A DNA stretch of 64,000 nt from Ranitomeya imitator (lineage: Eukaryota). Each line of letters opens with the position of its first letter. Position 1 is the stretch's first letter. Location: positions 215,078,001-215,142,000 of the forward strand of contig NC_091288.1 of the NCBI RefSeq assembly GCF_032444005.1, in the 5' to 3' direction. The translations under genes were made by a program, and so were the position numbers. A model generated the notes under the pieces. It was not told the DNA's origin. It ran no database searches and saw only the letters and a program-made list of their open reading frames with translations. Below, in pieces: positions 37,801-48,136 of the stretch.

Positions 37801-39372
37801 TTAGTTAACGATTCTGAGGCAAGAGTCTGGGAATAGATAAAAGGCGAGGTGCAGTGGCTCGGAGAAGGAGGCGGTGAAGGTGTGCAAGTGTCTGATGGGA
37901 TCACACACCTGAACGAAGGACAAACGCCCGGCCTCATAATCCAGATAGATCCCCACAACCCGCACCTGAGGGTCAGAGACCAGCTGTTTAGGAGTATTGT
38001 TATGACGTGCCGTAAAAAAGTAATTTGAACATAATGCCCAAGACTTGTCGTTATACCCAAGGAATGATTCGTTACCCACCACCTTCCTCTCCAGACTTTG
38101 CCCGGCCAATCCTATGAGCCATCTCTCCGCCTGACTAACATCCACCTCCCAGTAATGTCTCCCGGAGGAGACGCTGCAGGAACTAAAGACTTGACGGGAC
38201 TTGAACCTCTTGGGCCCGTTGAGTCTGTTCTGTGATGTAGCAGAATAAGAAGCAGATCTGAGATCTTGTGATATAATAATGTTATTATGGGCCGTATCTA
38301 TATCCAGTAATATGTCCGACTTCTCCATCACTGAGAACTGTCTCTTTATCCTCATAAACATGTCGTCCGAAAAGCGTGCAAGTCCCTGGTGTAAGACCTG
38401 TGAGACTGACATGTGGTTCTGAGTCCCAATGTTCTTCACCTCACCGATGACATCGGGGGTCCTGTGACTGATCCCATCACTTCTGTTCAGCTCCGTCAGG
38501 AAGACGAGAGGGTCGTGGACCTTACACAACTCCTCAGCCTGATGGATCTTAATTGCGAGCTCGTATCTTTGCTTCTCGAGTTCTTGGATTAAGTTGCTGA
38601 TTGGCAACAAGACTTGATTTTCCTGCCTGGAGATCTCACAAAGGACTTTTCTCTCTAATGCGCTCAGTTGATTCCTGAGGTCTTTGAACAAGTAGTGGAC
38701 TCTCTTAGCGATCTCGGTGGACCTCATCTTCTCATCTTTCCTATGATCCTGTAGGTTGTGGACTCTCGTCTCAATGTCCTCCTGCTCAGATGTCAGTTTC
38801 TCCATGATGTTCTCCAATTTCTCCTTCTCTTTCTGAAAGGCCATGTCCAATAGCGCCGCATCATGTCCCTTATGGTCTCCGACCACGCAGCAGGACACAC
38901 ACAGACAGGTAGCGTCTATAGGACAGTAGTATTTCAGCATCTCCTTGTGTGTGGAGCATTTTCTTTCCTCCAGGGTATCAGTGGGGTCAACTAAGGTATG
39001 TTCTGGAGACTTACTGTGTCTGCTTAGGTGTTTTTCACAAAAAGACGCCTCACACTGTAGACATGTTCTTACAGCCGGGGCAGGAGAATCACAGTAAGTA
39101 CAGAAGATCCTGGTCTCCTCCATATCAGGCTGAGTAGATGAGAAACGCTCCACTATGTTCTCAAGCTTCCGGTTCTTCTCCAGGGCCGGACGCTCCGGAT
39201 ATTCTGCTCTGCAGTCAGGACAGGAATACCCTCCAGCCGCCTCCTGTGCATCCAGCACACTCACAATACACGAGCGGCAGAAGTTGTGTCCACATCTCAG
39301 GGATACGGGATCTGTATAGAGGCTCAGGCAGATGGAGCAGTTCAGCTCGTCCCTCAGCTCCGCAGACGCCAT
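37801..39372 (-). CDS. Intronless TRIM E3 ligase (RING, B-box1, B-box2, coiled coil, PRY/SPRY), 523 aa; here TRIM-A
   Basis: C3HC4 RING CSICLSLYTDPVSLRCGHNFCRSC...CPDC, two B-boxes, and B30.2 motifs LDIDTAHNNIIIS, GRHYWEVDV, VGIYLDYEAGRLSF. Single open frame. TRIM25/TRIM16-like architecture; no 1:1 symbol assignable. Confidence 0.95.
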   Translation of the reverse strand: MASAELRDELNCSICLSLYTDPVSLRCGHNFCRSCIVSVLDAQEAAGGYSCPDCRAEYPERPALEKNRKLENIVERFSSTQPDMEETRIFCTYCDSPAPAVRTCLQCEASFCEKHLSRHSKSPEHTLVDPTDTLEERKCSTHKEMLKYYCPIDATCLCVSCCVVGDHKGHDAALLDMAFQKEKEKLENIMEKLTSEQEDIETRVHNLQDHRKDEKMRSTEIAKRVHYLFKDLRNQLSALERKVLCEISRQENQVLLPISNLIQELEKQRYELAIKIHQAEELCKVHDPLVFLTELNRSDGISHRTPDVIGEVKNIGTQNHMSVSQVLHQGLARFSDDMFMRIKRQFSVMEKSDILLDIDTAHNNIIISQDLRSASYSATSQNRLNGPKRFKSRQVFSSCSVSSGRHYWEVDVSQAERWLIGLAGQSLERKVVGNESFLGYNDKSWALCSNYFFTARHNNTPKQLVSDPQVRVVGIYLDYEAGRLSFVQVCDPIRHLHTFTASFSEPLHLAFYLFPDSCLRIVN

Positions 39373-39504
39373 TGTGGTGGGAAAGAGCAGGAAGTGGAAA
39401 AGTTTCTTCCTATAAGAAGGGCGGAGAGTTTCTCCAGAGAAATTAACCCCTACAATAAACCAAAAATGTTGAAGATTATCCCATTTAGATCAGAAAACCC
39501 ATAA

Positions 39505-40325
39505 CGATTCAGGAGTGTTAGCCAAAGTAAGTAAAAAAAAATAATTCCTTATTGAACAACTCACGAGACAAATTTTTCTAAAAAAATATATATATAAAAA
39601 GGGAAAATGTCAAACAAAGGGATAAATCACACAGGGAGCCTCCAAAATAAACCAAAGAACAAGGTACTAATTGGCTAAACTGGGTTTTGCAGCATCCACA
39701 GGAGCATGACTAAACACAGCAAATGCTGAGAGAAATTCCCAAAGGTAACCATTAATAAAAAAAGAGGCAATATATTCACAAATAGAAAGGAAAAAGTGCC
39801 CTGTGTAGAAATTGATGAATGCTGTGTAGCTGGAAAAAGATTGTAGAAATAGACGAAAGTTAGTATAAGGAGGTAAAAAAAAAACCCTGTGTGGCAGCCA
39901 ACAAGGCACCTCTGATGTGCGTTTCGCCTACAGCTTCCTCTGGGGGTCTTAACACTCTCAGCATTTGTTTAGGGCTTTTTACCCCTGGTCTGTACATTTA
40001 TCATACTGTCACTGCATTCAGCTGTGAATCAGTGGTCTCCCTCCTGTGAATGCTGCACACCCAATTTAACCCATTAGAACCTTTCTCTTTGACACTATGT
40101 CACTACTAAGCTATCTGTCTTTTTGCATTTTCGCTATTTGTGAGGTTCTTATACCTTATTATTTGCCATTAGGAATATTTATTATCACTTTATTAGTAGG
40201 ATTTATCCAACAATGTATTTATGATAGTGAGATTGATCCATACCTTTTGATATTGACTATTGAATATATTTTCAATCAATAAAAAATATTTTTTTTACTT
40301 ACTCTGCCTAAAATTCCTGAATCCT
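39505..40325. mobile_element. Insertion with ~50-bp terminal inverted repeats and a degenerate Penelope-type hammerhead motif, just upstream of TRIM-A
   Basis: ATTCAGGAGTGTTAGCCAAAGTAAGTAAAAAAAAATA (from 39508) is inversely similar to TATTTTTTTTACTTACTCTGCCTAAAATTCCTGAAT (to 40322). Minus strand near 39915-39945 reads CAGAGGAAG-ctgtagg-CGAAACGCAC. Confidence 0.45.
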
Positions 40326-40399
40326 TTATTCATCCCATTGTGGGGCTCATAATTTTACTATACATGCAAATGTACGTCACACATCAATGTACACACCCG

Positions 40400-40760
40400 A
40401 TGTTCTGCAGAACCTCATTATACACATCTCAGCTGCTGCAGAACCTCACTATACACATCTCAGCTGCTGCAGAACTTCATAATACAGACCTTTGCTGCTG
40501 CAAAACCTCATAATAGAGACCTCAGCTGTTGCAGAACCTCATAACTCACCTGAGCTGCTGCAGAACCTCATAATACACCTCAGCTGCTGCAGAACCTCAT
40601 AATATAGATCTTTGCTGTTGCAGAACCTCATAATACAGACCTCAGCTGTTGCAGAACCTCATAATATAGATCTTTGCTGCTGCAGAACCTCACAATACAC
40701 CTCAGTTGCTACAGAAACTCATAATATACAGTACACCAAAGCTGCTGCAGAACCTCATAA
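40400..40760. repeat. ~30-bp minisatellite upstream of TRIM-A
   Basis: Units CAGCTGCTGCAGAACCTCATAATACAGACCT. Confidence 0.85.
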
Positions 40761-40982
40761 TGAACAGAATGAGAAAGTCTCATATTAAATCACTAGATTA
40801 AGCAATACTTCTCCCCCTACACAGTGACTTATTTTGGCCACGACGATTTCCCATTGCTTTCTCTCCTGGCAGGAGGAGTTGTCAGAGGGGCGCTGGCAGT
40901 GAGGGACATTCAGCAGATACCTGAGACTGCAGGGCGTAGACCTAAATCCGGGACTGTCCGCTGTATCCGGGACACTTGGGAC

Positions 40983-41129
40983 TAGAGATCAGCTGATGGA
41001 TTCACGGGACCCTGGTACAGATGAGTGGGACCGGGCGGCTGGACGGGAGGCCGTGAATCTCTAACCTTCCGGCGTCCCGGGTGGCATTTGATCCCCCAGG
41101 GCCGGAGCGACGTCATCTGCTCATCTCTA
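40983..41129. mobile_element. 147-bp hAT-type MITE
   Basis: Ends TAGAGATCAGC...GCTCATCTCTA; near-perfect 8-bp TSD CTTGGGAC/GTTGGGAC. Confidence 0.75.
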
Positions 41130-41814
41130 GTTGGGACCTAGGGATTATTTCTTGTTCCTTCATTCACAGTCGGAGCCGCCAGAACTTTCCATCTTACTGC
41201 TGCTCTCTGCCATTGAGAAGACAGAGTCCAACAGACTCCTCCACTGATTCTGCTCCCAGCCTCTCCTCCCACGGCTCCTCAGTTTCCCAGCTCTCCATCC
41301 ATGGCTCCACCACTCCTTTATGTCTTCCTACAACTCCCTAGCTTCCTGCCTCTTCTCTCACTAAACATTTTGTGAGACAAGACACAGACACTTCCTGGGA
41401 GAGCTTTCCTCAAGATTAAAAAAATGACTATTATTTATTTTTTAAAATCCCAACTAGCGATGAGCGAGCCACTATCCGATACTCCATGGAGCGTCGGGGT
41501 GCTCGGGTTCGCTCGTTACTTGATCAAGTATTGCAGGTACTCGAGTCCCCGCCCCACATATTTCGTGGCTGTTAGGGTACGTTCCCACTGTCAGTGTTTG
41601 TTCAGGTTTCACTCAGCTGAATTTACGCATGAATTCCAAACCTCGGCTCACTTGTGTCCTTGCCGCATGTGTTTTTGTTTCTGTTTCGTATGTTAGATTA
41701 GATGTGCAAAGATATAGATAGTCCGCGGCGGGTTAGACACCTCCATTACTAACCCCAGGGCTTGATGCCCGCTGTGATGCACCAATTTTGGGGAAACTTC
41801 CTTCTGAGAATATA

Positions 41815-44470
41815 AGCCCGCAGCTGTCTGCTTCACCTGTGCTGATAATATAAGATTGCAGCTGTCTGCTTTACCTGGGCTGGTAATATAAGATTGCAGC
41901 TGTCTGCTTTACCTGGGCTGATAATATAAGATTGCAGCTGTCTGCTTTACCTGGGCTGATAATATAAGATTGCAGCTGTCTGCTGTACCTGGGCTGATAA
42001 TATAAGATTGCAGCTGTCTGCTTTACCTGGGCTGATAATATAAGATTGCAGCTGTCTGCTTTACCTGGGCTGATAATATAAGATTGCAGCTGTCTGCTGT
42101 ACCTGGGCTGATAATATAAGATTGCAGCTGTCTGCTGTACCTGGGCTGATAATATAAGATTGCAGCTGTCTGCTTTACCTGGGCTGATAATATAAGATTG
42201 CAGCTGTCTGCTTTACCTGGGCTGATAATATAAGATTGCAGCTGTCTGCTTTACCTGGGCTGATAATATAAGATTGCAGCTGTCTGCTTTACCTGGGCTG
42301 ATAATATAAGATTGCAGCTGTCTGCTGTACCTGGGCTGATAATATAAGATTGCAGCTGTCTGCTTTACCTGGGCTGATAATATAAGATTGCAGCTGTCTG
42401 CTTTACCTGGGCTGATAATATAAGATTGCAGCTGTCAACTTTACCATTGCTGGTTATCTAAAATGGGGGGACCCCAAGTTGATCTACTGTCAATGCACCA
42501 ATTTTGGGGCAACTGCCTTCTGAGAATATAAGCCCGCAGCTGTCTGCTTTACCTGGGATGATAATATAAGATTGCAGATGTCTGCTTTACCTGGGCTGAT
42601 AATATAAGATTGCAGCTGTCAACTTTACCATTGCTGGTTATCTAAAATGGGGGGACCCCAAGTTGATCTACTGTCAATGCACCAATTTTGGGGCAACTGC
42701 CTTCTGAGAATATAAGCCCACAGCTGTCTGCTTTACCTGGGATGATAATATAAGATTGCAGCTGTCTGATTTACCTGGGCTGATAATATAAGATTGCAGC
42801 TGTCTGCTATACCTGGGCTGATAATATAAGATTGCAGCTGTCTGCTGTACCTGGGCTGATAATATAAGATTGCAGCTGTCTGCTTTACCTGGGCTGATAA
42901 TATAAGATTGCAGCTGTCTGCTGTACCTGGGCTGATAATATAAGATTGCAGCTGTCTGCTTTACCTGGGCTGATAATATAAGATTGCAGCTGTCTGCTTT
43001 ACCTGGGCTGATAATATAAGATTGCAGCTGTCTGCTTTACCTGGGCTGATAATATAAGATTGCAGCTGTCTGCTTTACCTGGGCTGATAATATAAGATTG
43101 CAGATGTCTGCTTTACCTGGGCTGATAATATAAGTTTGCAGCTGTCTGCTTTACCTGGGCTGATAATATAAGTTTGCAGATGTCTGCTTTACCTGGGCTG
43201 ATAATATAAGTTTGCAGATGTCTGCTTTACCTGGGCTGATAATATAAGTTTGCAGCTGTCAACTTTACCATTGCTGGTTATCTAAAATGGGGGGACCCCA
43301 AGTTGATCTACTGTCAATGCACCAATTTTGGGGCAACTGCCTTCTGAGAATATAAGCCCGCAGCTGTCTGCTTTACCTGGGATGATAATATAAGATTGCA
43401 GATGTCTGCTTTACCTGGGCTGATAATATAAGATTGCAGCGGTCTGCTTTACCTGGGCTGATAATATAAGATTGCAGCTGTCAACTTTACCATTGCTGGT
43501 TATCTAAAATGGGGGGACCCCAAGTTGATCTACTGTCAATGCACCAATTTTGGGGCAACTGCCTTCTGAGAATATAAGCCCACAGCTGTCTGCTTTACCT
43601 GGGATGATAATATAAGATTGCAGCTGTCTGATTTACCTGGGCTGATAATATAAGATTGCAGCTGTCTGCTATACCTGGGCTGATAATATAAGATTGCAGC
43701 TGTCTGCTGTACCTGGGCTGATAATATAAGATTGCAGCTATCTGCTTTACCTGGGCTGATAATATAAGATTGCAGCTGTCTGCTTTACCTGGGCTGATAA
43801 TATAAGATTGCAGCTGTCTGCTGTACCTGGGCTGATAATATAAGATTGCAGCTATCTGCTTTACCTGGGCTGATAATATAAGATTGCAGCTGTCTGCTTT
43901 ACCTGGGCTGATAATATAAGATTGCAGCTGTCTGCTTTACCTGGGCTGATAATATAAGATTACAGCTGTCTGCTTTACCTAGGCTGATAATATAAGATTG
44001 CAGCTGTCTGCTTTACCTGGGCTGATAATATAAGATTGCAGCTGTCTGCTGTACCTGGGCTGATAATATAAGATTGCAGCTGTCTGCTTTACCTGGGCTG
44101 ATAATATAAGATTGCAGCTGTCTGCTGTACCTGGGCTGATAATATAAGATTGCAGCTGTCTGCTTTACCTGGGCTGATAATATAAGATTACAGCGGTCTG
44201 CTTTACCTGGGCTGATAATATAAGATTGCAGGTGTCAACTTTACCATTGCTGGTTATCTAAAATGGGGGGACCCCAAGTTGATCTACTGTCAATGCACCA
44301 ATTTTGGGGCGACTGCCTTCTGAGAATATAAGCCCGCAGCTGTCTGCTTTACCTGGGCTGATAATATAAGATTGCAGCTGTCTGATTTACCTGGGCTGAT
44401 AATATAAGATTGCAGCTGTCTGCTATACCTGGGCTGATAATATAAGATTGCAGCGGTCTGCTTTACCATT
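41815..44470. repeat. 38-bp minisatellite with higher-order interruptions inside a hAT-like element starting at 41455; duplicated at 48583-51238
   Basis: Unit CAGCTGTCTGCTTTACCTGGGCTGATAATATAAGATTG, interrupted five times by a ~100-bp block (TCAACTTTACCATTGCTGG...GAGAATATAAGCCC). The host begins TAGCGATGAGCG; its right end was not found. Confidence 0.92.
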
Positions 44471-45429
44471 ACTGGTTATCAAAAATGGGGGGCCCCAAGT
44501 TGTTTTTTTTTTTTTTCAATTATTTATTAAACAAGTACATTAAATCACACACATAAGAAACTAATTAAATATCTTACGGATATCTATCTATAAATTTGCA
44601 CATCTAATACTTAAACCTATTTTGCATTTTATTCTGGTACGTGTCACACGGATGGCACAGAGATGTCACACCTTGTGTCATCCATGTATGGGACGTGTTG
44701 ACATTCATGCTGCCGGAAAAAATAGACATGAGCGCAGGGTACGTGTGCCAACAGGGGAGTGTTTTCCAGAGATGATGTAATTAGCACAAACAAAAAAGTA
44801 TTTCTATGAAGTTGGACTGTAGTAAAGGACTATCTGACCACTACAGTGGGGACAGTGACTGTAAAGGCAGTGATGAGGTGGCTGAGCCAATGAGGAGGGG
44901 CAGCTGCTGTCACATGGGTCTTCTTGTGATCCCTCCCACAATCCTATTCACTACAACATGGAGACACAAGCGAACCAGAGAACATGGAAAAAAAGTGTTT
45001 ATTATTCAAGTTATTCACTTTAAACATTTTTGTGAACATTTATATCTGTTTAGAAGCTTTTAACAGCAAAGTGTGTTATCGCACAACCCCTTTAGAGCAT
45101 AACAATGGTCGTGGCAGAGGTACGACCACGGTCAGGCCCGGGCAGAAGGGGGTGCGCCGATGCCAGTGTCACCTGGATGTGCATCCTCAGACGTACTGTC
45201 AGGTGAAATGTATTGTGGCACAGAGACATGCTGGCTCCCTGCACTGGAATGCACGCCGCCGGCCAATCAGAGCCAGCAGCAGACGTTTGTCAGTGAAACA
45301 TGGCACATGGCAGTGATGCCATGCGCTGCCCGTAATGGCATGTTGAAGTCAGCTGCCAGCTCCGCTCGGTGTGGGAGAGGAGAAGGTGAGTAGAATCGTT
45401 TGTTTCTTCTTAAAATATCAAGAACAAGA

Positions 45430-46560
45430 ACGGAAGGTGGACCAACATTATACCAGAATTGGGGATATTATACCAGGATGGTGACATTATACCAGGATGG
45501 TGGATATTATACCAGGATGGGGACATTATACCAGGATTGGGGATATTATACCAGGATTGGGGATATTATACCAGGATGGGGACATTATACCAGGATGGGT
45601 GACATTATACCAGGATTGGGGATATTATACCAGGATTGGGACATTATACCAGGATGGGTGACATTATACCAGGATGGTGGATATTATACCAGGATGGCGG
45701 ACCTTATACCAGAATTGGGGACATTATACCAGAATTGGGAATATTATACCAGGATGGGGACATTATACCAGAATTGGGGATATTATACCAGGATGGGGTC
45801 ATTATACCAGGATTGGGGATATTATACCAGGATTGGGACATTATACCAGGATGGGTGACATTATACCAGAATTGGGGATATTATACCAGGATTGGGACAT
45901 TATACCAGGATGGGTGACATTATACCAGAATTGGGGATATTATACCAGGATGGGGACATTATACCAGGATGGTGGATATTATACCAGGATAGGGGACCTT
46001 ATACCAGAATTGGGTAAATTACAATAGCATTAATTGGGGACATTATACCAGAATTGGGAATATTATACCAGGATGGGGACATTATACCAGAATTGGGGAT
46101 ATTATACCAGGATGGGGACATTATACCAGAATTGGGGATATTATACCAGGATGGTGACATTATACCAGAATTTGGGATATCATACCAGGCTGGTGGACAT
46201 TATACCAAAATTGGGGATATTATACCACGATGGGGGACATTATATCAAAAGTGGGGATATTATACCATGATGGGGACATTATTCCAGAATTGGGGATATT
46301 ATACCAGGATGGGGGACATTATGCCAAAATTGGGGATATTATACCAGGATGGGGGACATTATACCAGAATCGGGACTATTATAGCAGCATTGGAGCATTA
46401 TACCAGGATGGGGGACATTATACAAGCACTGGGGACATTATACCAGAATGGGGGATCTTATTCCAGGATGGGGGACATTATACCAGAATTTGGGACATTA
46501 TACCAGAATTGGGGATATTATATCAGCATGGGGGACACTATACCACTATGGGGGGCATCA
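45430..46560. repeat. Degenerate ~19-20-bp minisatellite inside a probable MITE (about 45100-46790); duplicated at 52198-53328
   Basis: GGGGA(C/T)ATTATACCAG(G/A)AT units. The host ends ...TTAGGCCACTG; no TSD found. Confidence 0.85.
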
Positions 46561-47119
46561 TACCAGGAAGGGGCCCTTGATGGGGAAAAAATGTTATAGC
46601 ATTGGGCCAAGGATGGGGGAGATTACTACAAAAAAAGAGTCAGGACAGGGGACATAATTATGGGGAGCAAACGCATGTCTTTATAGGATCTAGACTGCTA
46701 GAAGGGCCCAGACATCTGACCAATGTGCAGGTGGTGGACCAGGTCCAAATTTTACACGAAGGATCACCAGACTATAATTAGGCCACTGAATACGTAGACA
46801 GAGGTGAAAATTACTGGAAACAATAAGGGGATGGAACTTGCAGCTAAATCAAATCTTATGAGGTCGGGGACTAAATATACATTTTTGTATTTCTCTAAAA
46901 ATGTTTTAACTTTATTTTTTTGTTTTGTTTATTTCCAGTAGAGACCATGGAAGCGCAATTCCCTTATTACTGAAATAACGACACGCAAAACTTTGCCTGC
47001 GATTGTGTAACGCTGAGTTGCAGCCCATCGGGCCCAGCCTGCGGTCAGGACAGAATGTTAGATCTAAAAGGGTAAATGATAGAAGATTCACTTTACTGCT
47101 GCAATAATTATCATTCTAA

Positions 47120-48136
47120 TTATTTTATGATTTTCATGACACAATTATCATACAGATGTAAAGCGGCATAGAGCGGCTCGGAGAAGGAGGCGGTGAAGGT
47201 GTGTAAGTGTCTGATGGAGTCACATACACGATAGAAGGACAGACGCCCGGCCTCGTAATCCAGATAGATCCCCACAACCTGCACAGGAGAATCTAATAAC
47301 ATCTGATTATGGATATTGTTATGACTTGCGAAAAGGTTTTTCTCACAAATGATGGCCCACGACTTCTCATTGAAGCCAATAAAAGTTACGTTTTCATTCG
47401 CCTTCCTCTCCAGACTTTCCCCGGCCACCCCTATCATCCAACTACTCGCCTGACTCGCGTCCACCTCCCAGTAATGTCTCCCAGAGGAGAAACTACGGGA
47501 ACCTAGCACTTGACGAGATTTGAACCTTTTGGGCCCATCGGGTCTGTTCTGTGACGTAGCGGTATGAGAAGCAGATCTGAGATCCTGAGATATAATAATG
47601 TTATTCTGAGCCGTGTCTACATCCAGTAATATTTCAGATTTCTCCATCACTGGAAACTCTCTCTTCTTTAGATCCATCAGATTATCGGCAAAGTTCCCCA
47701 GTCCTCCGTGTAATATCTGTGAGACTAGGCCTTCATCCACACACGGAGGACCTCTTACATCACCGATGACCTCACAGCTCCCAGAACTGATGTCACCATG
47801 GCTTAACTCTTCTTGCAGAAAGGTCAGTGGATAAGTGATATTACATAGTCCCTCAAGACTATTCATTTTCTTGGCCAGTTTGTCCACATGAAGCTCTACC
47901 GGTTTGACCAGTTCAGTGACTGATAGTAACACCTGATTCCTCTGTCTGCAAATTTCTCCCTGGATTCTCTTTTCGAGATCATCCAGCTTCTTCCTGAGAT
48001 TTGTAAATAGGAGAGCGACTCTGTCGGTGACTCTGGAAGATTTCTTTCTCTGTTTTGTCCCATGATCCTTTAGATTCTGGATTCTTTTTTCAGCTTCTTC
48101 TCTCCCTAGCTTCCTGCCTCTTCTCTCACTAAACAT
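47120..48136 (-). pseudogene. 5'-truncated duplicate of TRIM-B (partial coiled coil plus complete PRY/SPRY) with a junction-derived in-frame ATG; 338-aa ORF
   Basis: 47120-48103 equals TRIM-B 53888-54871 except one synonymous change seen. The frame stays open across the junction to ATG at 48136-48134 (MFSERRGRKLG|REEAEKRIQ). The track's start at 48181 is TTG. Confidence 0.85.

Noticed and set aside
39385-39435. ETS/IRF/NF-kB-like motifs upstream of the TRIM genes (CAGGAAGTGGAAAAGTTTC, GGAGACTTTC)
   Set aside because: Imperfect matches, not conserved in position across the three paralogues; too weak to call without data.
45400-46657. GTLYQNWGYYTR-type ORFs, repeated at 52168-53425
   Set aside because: Minisatellite inside a MITE; several overlapping frames are open.
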